From assembly GCA_031411295.1 (NCBI GenBank), contig JANOAV010000056.1:1-34117 (forward strand): a DNA stretch of 34,117 nt, written 5' to 3'. The translations under genes and the position numbers were made by a program. A model generated the notes under the pieces. The model was not told where the DNA came from, did no database searches, and saw only the letters and a list, made by a program, of their open reading frames with translations. This stretch comes from Verrucomicrobiales bacterium (GTDB lineage: Bacteria; Verrucomicrobiota; Verrucomicrobiia; Verrucomicrobiales; V1-33). Of the stretch, positions 28,223 through 34,117 are shown piece after piece; the first letter of the stretch is position 1, and each line of letters starts with the position of its first letter.

Positions 28223-29182
28223 ATGATTTGTCAATACAAACTGCCTACAATTCACGCCAAATTTTGTAATCCATGGTTCGCCCTCTTGCTTTTAGGCACC
28301 AGCCTACCGCTGCAGGCGCAGGTCAAGGTGGAGGATGAGGCCGCCGCCAAGGGTTTGCTCGACCCCGCCGCTAAGGTGGAGAAGCTAGCCGGAGACATGA
28401 AGTTCATCGAGGGTCCGGTGTGGGTGGCGGCCAAGCAGGCGGTCATTTTCAGCGATATCCCGAACTCCAAACTTATGCAGTGGAGCGCCAAGGACGGCCT
28501 GAAGGAATATCGCCAGACCGAAGCCTCCAACGGCAACGTGCTGGACGCCCAGGGCCGCATCGTTTCCTGCCAACATGCGGGCCGGAATCTAGTCAGGGAG
28601 GAGAAAGACGGGAAGATCACCGTGGTGGTGGACCAAGCGGACGGGAAGAAATTTAATTCCCCCAACGATCTGGCCATCAAATCTGATGGGAGCATCTGGT
28701 TCACCGATCCGCCCTATGGTCTGCCCAAGGACGCCAAGAAGGAACAGCCCGGCAACGATGTCTATCGCTTGGCTCCAGATGGCAAAACGGTCACGACGGT
28801 CAGCAAAGAATTCAACATGCCCAACGGCATCGTGTTCTCACCGGATGAAACCGTGCTCTACATAGCCGACAGCGGGAAACCAGGTCGCGTGGGGGCCTTC
28901 AAAGTGCAGGATAATGGCACCATCAGCATGGCCCTCTGGTGGGCGGAAGGTGGCTCCGACGGCATCCGCGTGGACGCGCAAGGAAACCTCTACACCACCG
29001 CAGGCGATGGCGTCCGCATCTACTCGCCCGCCGGCAAGAAAATAGCGACCATCAGCGTGCCCGAGGTCCCTGCCAATATTTGTTTCGGGGGAGACGACGG
29101 CAAAACGTTGTTCATTACCGCCCGCACTTCCCTGTATTCCGTGCCGGTGAAAGTGGCGGGGGCGAAGCTGAAGTCGAAGTAG
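28223..29182 (+). CDS. SMP-30/gluconolactonase/LRE family protein, secreted (start uncertain)
   Basis: FIEGPVW, FSDIP, SNG, NSPNDL, FTDPPYG, PNGIVFSPDE, SDGIRVD, ANICFGG. Hydrophobic signal ending LQA. Confidence 0.9.
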   Translation: MICQYKLPTIHAKFCNPWFALLLLGTSLPLQAQVKVEDEAAAKGLLDPAAKVEKLAGDMKFIEGPVWVAAKQAVIFSDIPNSKLMQWSAKDGLKEYRQTEASNGNVLDAQGRIVSCQHAGRNLVREEKDGKITVVVDQADGKKFNSPNDLAIKSDGSIWFTDPPYGLPKDAKKEQPGNDVYRLAPDGKTVTTVSKEFNMPNGIVFSPDETVLYIADSGKPGRVGAFKVQDNGTISMALWWAEGGSDGIRVDAQGNLYTTAGDGVRIYSPAGKKIATISVPEVPANICFGGDDGKTLFITARTSLYSVPVKVAGAKLKSK

Positions 29183-29258
29183 GGGGAACGAGGCCGGTTC
29201 GTGAGCAAATTTCACGACAAGGTTGCATCCCCGCCGCAGTGCGCTATGGGATGGCCCT

Positions 29259-30566
29259 ATGCACGGATTTCATTATCAATCATCAGAACTATATTGCGAC
29301 GGAGTCAGCCTCAACAGTCTGGCTCAGGAGCACGGCACGCCCCTTTACGTTTACAGCGCGAACACTATTCGCGATCACTTCACACGCCTCGATGCAGGCC
29401 TGCCGGGAGTGGATCATTTGGTGTGCTACGCCATGAAGGCCAACTCCAACCTGGCGGTGTTAAACCTGCTGGCCAAGGCTGGGGCCGGCTTCGATATCGT
29501 TAGCGGAGGCGAACTTTATCGCGTGATCAAAGCGGGTGGGGATGCCGGGAAATGCACGTTTGCCGGAGTCGGCAAGACGCGGGATGAGATCGTTTATGCG
29601 CTGGAGCAGGGCGTCTATAGTTTCAACGTCGAGAGCGAGGCCGAGTTGCGCTACATCAATCAGGTGGCGGGGGAACTCGGCAAAGTGGCTCCGGTGGCCG
29701 TGCGCTTGAATCCCAACGTTGATGCCAAGACGCATGCCAAGATTTCCACGGGCAAAAGCGAGAACAAATTCGGCATCGAATTCGAGCACATTGCCGCCGT
29801 CTATGAACGCGCTGCCCGCGAGCTTAAGCATATCAAACTCCGCGGGGTGCAAATGCACATCGGCAGCCAGTTGACCAGCGTGGAACCATTCTCCCAAGCA
29901 GTTTCGAAGGTCATTCCCCTGGTGACCGAACTGAAGGAGAAATACGGCCTGGAGTTCTTCAGCATCGGCGGTGGCATCGGGATTGTTTACAAGGATTCAC
30001 TCGCCAGCGGATCCACCGCTTGGTGGGATGAGAAACGCAAAGCAGGCGAGCCGGTGCCGCTGACCATCGAGACCTATGCGGAACGTCTGCTGCCCATGCT
30101 GAAGCCGCTGGGGATGCGCATCCTCCTGGAGCCGGGTCGTTTCATGGTCGGCAATGCCGGGGTGTTACTAACCAAGGTGCTTTATGAAAAGAAAGGCAGT
30201 GTCAAGACTTTCAAGATTGTGGACGCAGGGATGAATGACCTCATCCGCCCCACGCTGTATGAAGGCCACCACGATATCGTCCCTGTGCGCGAACCTGCGG
30301 CCGATGCGGAAAAGGAGTTGGTGGATGTCGTCGGCCCCATTTGCGAGAGCGGAGATTTCCTGGCGCAGAATCGGGAAATCGCCCCCGTTAAGGAAGGCGA
30401 TCTCCTGGCCGTCATGAGTGCCGGAGCCTACGGTTTCGTGATGGCGTCCAACTACAACACCCGCCCGCTCCCGGCCGAAATCCTCGTCACGGGCGACACC
30501 GCGCAAGTGGTTCGCAAACGTCAGACGCTGGATGATCTTTTGGCCGGGGAAATCATCCCCAGCTAA
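29259..30566 (+). CDS. lysA: Diaminopimelate decarboxylase
   Basis: GTPLYVYS, YAMKANSN, DIVSGGEL, KFG, HIGSQ, EPGR, VDAGMNDLIRP, GPICESGD, GAYG…SNYN. Confidence 0.96.
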   Translation: MHGFHYQSSELYCDGVSLNSLAQEHGTPLYVYSANTIRDHFTRLDAGLPGVDHLVCYAMKANSNLAVLNLLAKAGAGFDIVSGGELYRVIKAGGDAGKCTFAGVGKTRDEIVYALEQGVYSFNVESEAELRYINQVAGELGKVAPVAVRLNPNVDAKTHAKISTGKSENKFGIEFEHIAAVYERAARELKHIKLRGVQMHIGSQLTSVEPFSQAVSKVIPLVTELKEKYGLEFFSIGGGIGIVYKDSLASGSTAWWDEKRKAGEPVPLTIETYAERLLPMLKPLGMRILLEPGRFMVGNAGVLLTKVLYEKKGSVKTFKIVDAGMNDLIRPTLYEGHHDIVPVREPAADAEKELVDVVGPICESGDFLAQNREIAPVKEGDLLAVMSAGAYGFVMASNYNTRPLPAEILVTGDTAQVVRKRQTLDDLLAGEIIPS

Positions 30567-30697
30567 CACCTGCCCAGCCTCCAGCTTGGCTCCGGCAGGC
30601 ACTCATCGCGAGGGTGACCTGAAATTACCGATTTCCAGCCTCCGCCAATGAGCGGGGCGCGGTCGCTAAACCGTTGAAGTTCAGCCAGTCAGGCCGC

Positions 30698-30715
30698 TTG
30701 TGAAAAATTTCACAA
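30698..30715. promoter_or_regulatory. Perfect palindromic operator TTGTGAA-AAAT-TTCACAA (Rex-box consensus, also contains the CRP core TGTGA-N6-TCACA)
   Basis: Read directly from sequence, about 165 bp upstream of atpB and immediately 5' of a TTGCCT-N17-TATGAA promoter-like element (30723-30751). Confidence 0.65.
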
Positions 30716-30879
30716 ATACAACTTGCCTTGCCCGGGCTTTCTGATTATGAAACTCGCCTCATTTCTCGCTCAGATTTGGCAGTAGTGCCGTCCAGTGAAA
30801 TTAAGGAAATCCGGCCACCAAGAGGTGATCTGGATTGCTCAATCGCCCGTTTTCTCAACTTTTGACTACATCCATTTTT

Positions 30880-31821
30880 ATGTCGTTGCTATCTCTTGCC
30901 TCCCTTGGACACGCCTTCTTAAATGAAGGTGCGACCGCCGCTGTTGAAGCTGCTGGTGAGCATGCGGAAGGAGGCCACGGAGTTAGTGCCAAGGCTCATC
31001 TGATCACGCACCTGCCGGTTATCACCAATTCGCTGCTCGCTGCGGCCTTGATCTGCTGCATCATCGTCTGGTTCGTCCGTCGGGCCATGAAAGACCGGGC
31101 ACTCATTCCAGGGAAGCGCCAAAATTTCGTCGAACTGGTGGTCGAATTCCTCTACAACCAAGTGGAAAACATTGTCGGGCCAAAAATTGCCCCTCGCGCC
31201 TTTCCCTTGTTGGGCACCATCTTCATCTACACGCTGCTGTCCAACTATTTGGGCATCATCCCTGGAATCGGTTCCATTGGCTTTTCCCATAGTGTCGGAG
31301 CCGGACTCTCCGCTCAATCTATTGATGTGCCGCTGCTCCACAAGAACACCGCAGATCTGAATATGACCATCGGCATGGCGCTCGTGGCGATTACCGTTTG
31401 GCTTTGGCTCACGTTTCGGGAACTCGGCTTCATGGGCTTCATCTCCCACACCTTCGGCGTCAAGGGCGGGGTGACGGGCCTGATGAAATACGGTTTGATG
31501 CCACTATTCATTCTCGTGGGCTTCATCGAACTCTTCTCCATGGCCTTCCGTCCCGTGACCCTCAGCTTCCGTCTCTTCGGCAACAATTTTGCTGGAGAAG
31601 CTCTGATCCACACCATGGGCGGCTTGGTCCAGACCGGGAATACCACGATCGATTACATTTGCCGCTTGGCCTTGCCGATTCCGTTCTATTTCCTCGAACT
31701 ACTGGTCGGCCTGATCCAAGCGCTGGTGTTCTCCCTGCTGGTGGCCGTTTACATCCAACTCACCACCACCCATGATGAATCCCATGGCGAGGAAGGCCAT
31801 GAGCATGAGCACGCCCACTAA
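30880..31821 (+). CDS. atpB: F0F1 ATP synthase subunit a
   Basis: PGKRQNFVE, NYLGIIPG, TADLN, essential Arg in TLSFRLFGN, ELLVGLIQALVFSLL. Confidence 0.95.
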   Translation: MSLLSLASLGHAFLNEGATAAVEAAGEHAEGGHGVSAKAHLITHLPVITNSLLAAALICCIIVWFVRRAMKDRALIPGKRQNFVELVVEFLYNQVENIVGPKIAPRAFPLLGTIFIYTLLSNYLGIIPGIGSIGFSHSVGAGLSAQSIDVPLLHKNTADLNMTIGMALVAITVWLWLTFRELGFMGFISHTFGVKGGVTGLMKYGLMPLFILVGFIELFSMAFRPVTLSFRLFGNNFAGEALIHTMGGLVQTGNTTIDYICRLALPIPFYFLELLVGLIQALVFSLLVAVYIQLTTTHDESHGEEGHEHEHAH

Positions 31822-31907
31822 GATTTCAACACTTTACCGTTCATGACCATGCCTTGAGCGTGGGTGACGGTCGTAACACCAAAACCACAAACCTAGAACA
31901 AAATAAT

Positions 31908-32138
31908 ATGATCCTTGAATCCCTCAATACACTGGCCGAAATCAACGGCTCCCTGACCCTCGGTATCGCTGGCGCTGGCGCTGGTATCGGCGTTGGTCTC
32001 GTCGGCTTTGCCGCTGCTTCCGCAGTGGGCCGCAATCCAGGTGCCTTCGGTAACATCCTCACCATCTCCATTATCGGCATGGCCCTCGCTGAAGGGGTTG
32101 CCATTTTGGCCTTCGTGTTCGCCTTCATCAAAGGCTAG
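31908..32138 (+). CDS. atpE: F0F1 ATP synthase subunit c
   Basis: GAGAGIGVG repeat, GRNP loop, ion-binding Glu in ALAEG. Confidence 0.95.
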   Translation: MILESLNTLAEINGSLTLGIAGAGAGIGVGLVGFAAASAVGRNPGAFGNILTISIIGMALAEGVAILAFVFAFIKG

Positions 32139-32153
32139 TTCACGTTCTTCTCA

Positions 32154-32188
32154 GCACGGTCACGGCGGTAACCACGCCGTGACCGTGC
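32154..32188 (+). other. Perfect 14-bp intergenic hairpin between atpE and atpF
   Basis: GCACGGTCACGGCG-GTAACCA-CGCCGTGACCGTGC with no U-tract. Confidence 0.75.
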
Positions 32189-32261
32189 CTCTCCTCTCCA
32201 GCGTAGTTCCTGCGCTCTGTTTTCTCTCTGTGATTCTGCGTCCCACCTACACTCTTTCATT

Positions 32262-32798
32262 ATGCTAACTTTCCTTGCCAATGCCGCTCCTGAAGCCGAG
32301 GGCAGCCCCTTAGACAAGTTCGGTGTCGATTATAAAATGATCATCGCTCAGATCATCATTTTCCTGATCGTTTACGCCATTCTTAGCAAATTTGCTTTTG
32401 GCCCGGTGACTTCCATTTTGGAAGAACGCCGCAAACGCATCACGGACGGAGAAGAAAACCTCAAGAAGATCAAAACAGATCTGGAGTCCGCCAACGCCAG
32501 TGCGGCCGAAATCCGCGCCAAAGCGGATGCCGATGCTACCCGTATCGTCAAAGAAGCCTCCGATGCCGCCGTGGCCGTGGGCGAAGCCAAACGTCAGCAA
32601 GCCATCTCCGAAGCCGCCGCCATCGTGGCCAAGGCCCGGGAAGCCACCACGCTGGAGCGGGAACGTGTGCTGGGTGAACTGAAAAACGAATTCGGTCGTC
32701 TGGTCATCGACACCACGTCCAAAGTTTCCGGCAAGGTCCTCAATCAAGACGACCATGAGCGGATCAGCAAGGAAGCCCTCGCTCAGATCTCCTTGTAA
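32262..32798 (+). CDS. atpF: F0F1 ATP synthase subunit b
   Basis: IAQIIIFLIVYAILSKFAFGPV…LEERRKRI, long coiled coil, gene order. Confidence 0.93.
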   Translation: MLTFLANAAPEAEGSPLDKFGVDYKMIIAQIIIFLIVYAILSKFAFGPVTSILEERRKRITDGEENLKKIKTDLESANASAAEIRAKADADATRIVKEASDAAVAVGEAKRQQAISEAAAIVAKAREATTLERERVLGELKNEFGRLVIDTTSKVSGKVLNQDDHERISKEALAQISL

Positions 32799-32851
32799 TT
32801 TGTTGGACACCCCACCCGACAGCCTTTCGTTAGTCTAATTCCTTTTGCTTC

Positions 32852-33250
32852 ATGAAAATCCCTAAAGATGCCCTCCGCACTTCCCGTCAGCTGATTCGGG
32901 CCACCGTTCGCAATGGTGCGATCAATGGCGAGTTCGCCAAAGCGGTGGTGGCTAAACTTGCCACGGAAAAGCCCCGGAATTACCTCGCGATCCTGTCTTC
33001 CTATCAACGATTGCTCCGCTTGGAAGTAGCTCAGCGCCACGCCATCGTCGAAAGCGCTCAACTGCTCAATCCTGGTGATCAGGAATTGGTGCTGCTTGAA
33101 TTGAAAAAGAAATACGGTCAGGATGTGACCGCGGAATACAAGATCAAAGAAGACTTGATCAGTGGCATGCGGGTTCGTCTCGGTAGTCACGTCTGGGACG
33201 GCACGGTCAAGGCCCGCCTCGAAGCCCTGCGCGAAAAAGTCCTGGCTTAA
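32852..33250 (+). CDS. atpH: F0F1 ATP synthase subunit delta (short form)
   Basis: AIVESA, EDLISGMRVRLGSHVWDGTVKARL, gene order. Confidence 0.9.
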   Translation: MKIPKDALRTSRQLIRATVRNGAINGEFAKAVVAKLATEKPRNYLAILSSYQRLLRLEVAQRHAIVESAQLLNPGDQELVLLELKKKYGQDVTAEYKIKEDLISGMRVRLGSHVWDGTVKARLEALREKVLA

Positions 33251-33274
33251 TTCAAACAAGCCAACGCATTCATC

Positions 33275-33304
33275 AGGCCGCACTCCCCGGAGTGCGGCCT
33301 TTTT
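33275..33304 (+). terminator. Intrinsic terminator after atpH
   Basis: AGGCCGCACTCC-CC-GGAGTGCGGCCT followed by TTTT. Confidence 0.85.
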
Positions 33305-33320
33305 ATGCGTGCAGTGAACC

Positions 33321-33460
33321 GGGGAGGGCGGTGCCTCTGGCCCGCCGTGGTTGGCGTCCCGCCGACCACACAGGCCGTCCCGGCCCCTCGGAGCGTCTCG
33401 CTCCGAGGCTCGGCGTTGCCGGGAGAAAAAGGTGCGAGACGCTCCCGAGGTCCGATCCCG
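33321..33460. repeat. REP-like GC-rich hairpin cluster
   Basis: Hairpins GTGGTTGGC…GCCGACCAC (33347-33369) and CCTCGGAGCG-TCT-CGCTCCGAGG (33386-33408). The latter's left arm also pairs with GGTGCGAGACGCTCCCGAGG (33431-33450). Confidence 0.6.
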
Positions 33461-33466
33461 CCCATG

Positions 33467-33782
33467 GGCCTAATTCTAAGTTGCGTTCAAGATGATATCT
33501 CATCAGATTCAAGCCGGAGGCTTGGCAGAAATTAGCCGGGGGTTGAGCGCTAGCGATACCCCCGGTATCCCAACGAAATGACCGCATCCCGGCAGGGATG
33601 CCAGAATAGGATCGCGCCAAGCCATTTCCTCTCGTTTTGCTGATCTGGCATCCCTGCCAGGATGCGATTCTTTTGGCCTCTAACCGGGGGTATCGCTATC
33701 GCTCGACCCCCGGCTAATTTCTGTCAAGCCTCCGGCTTGAATCAGATAAGGCCTCATCTTGAACGCAACTTGGAATAAGGCC
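33467..33782. mobile_element. 316-bp non-coding palindromic element (MITE/REPIN-like)
   Basis: About 100-bp near-perfect inverted arms starting GGCCTAATTCTAAGTTGCGTTCAAGATGA and ending TCATCTTGAACGCAACTTGGAATAAGGCC. Inner inverted pair CGCATCCCGGCAGGGATGCCAGA / TCTGGCATCCCTGCCAGGATGCG. No transposase. Confidence 0.75.
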
Positions 33783-33839
33783 TCAGCCAACTGCTCCTGC
33801 CGTCGCGCGAGCGCAGTCAGGCAGTGTGCTGGGATATGT

Positions 33840-34117
33840 GTCGTCACCGCCTTTCGGCATTTGGGCGGAACCGCCCTGAGTATGAAACAATGCCTCGAAG
33901 AGATTCAGCGCCGTCGTCATCGCCTTTCGGCATTTGGGCGGAACCGCCCACGGCAAATCGCCTACATGGCAGAAGTGCCATTCTCGGTCGTCATCGCCTT
34001 TCGGCATTTGGGCGGAACCGCCCCTGAACCTAAACAAATCAGACACTCTGTGCAATCTGTCGTCATCGCCTTTCGGCATTTGGGCGGAACCGCCCTTAAA
34101 CTCAATGAGAAAAGCCT
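33840..34117 (-). CRISPR. CRISPR array, truncated by the window edge: 4 repeats of 37 bp (GTCGTCATCGCCTTTCGGCATTTGGGCGGAACCGCCC on +), spacers of 36, 37 and 35 bp plus a partial fourth
   Basis: Repeats at 33840-33876 (one T>C mismatch), 33913-33949, 33987-34023, 34059-34095, with unique spacers. Minus orientation is inferred from the degenerate left repeat and the 3' end ATGCCGAAAGGCGATGACGAC. Confidence 0.95.

Noticed and set aside
29199..29217. TCGTGAG-CAAAT-TTCACGA upstream of lysA as a second Rex/CRP site
   Set aside because: Spacing is one base too long and the half-sites are mismatched.
33783..33839. Additional degenerate CRISPR repeat or anti-repeat (tracrRNA) left of the array
   Set aside because: No meaningful similarity or complementarity to the repeat was found by eye.
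33783..34079. ORFs with repeated MPKGDDD / RHRLSAFGRNRP peptides
   Set aside because: They are translations of the CRISPR repeats.

Overview
A GC-rich bacterial chromosomal segment. Protein styles, the short AtpH and the repeat types suggest Verrucomicrobiota (inference). Most of it is housekeeping or envelope genes: a secreted FAD oxidoreductase, an ABC-F ATPase, a TPR-TPR-ExbB-ExbD-ExbD cluster without TonB, phoH, tRNA-Val(CAC), a secreted vanadium-haloperoxidase-family protein, a GT2 plus an L,D-transpeptidase, rpsT, a SnoaL/KSI-like protein, secG, an orphan oppA, speA, a SET-domain methyltransferase, sorAB, a TPR protein, a Gfo/Idh/MocA protein, an SMP-30 lactonase, lysA and atpBEFH. The atp operon stops at a terminator after atpH. 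It is followed by REP-like hairpins, a 316-bp palindromic element and the probable trailer end of a CRISPR array (37-bp repeat with two hairpins) that runs off the window, with no cas genes visible. The best non-obvious signals are a candidate ~140-nt minus-strand sRNA or attenuator at 28060-28200 (own promoter, C-rich hairpin, terminator), a perfect Rex/CRP-type operator upstream of atpB, the unusual CRISPR repeat, and the TonB-less motor cluster.
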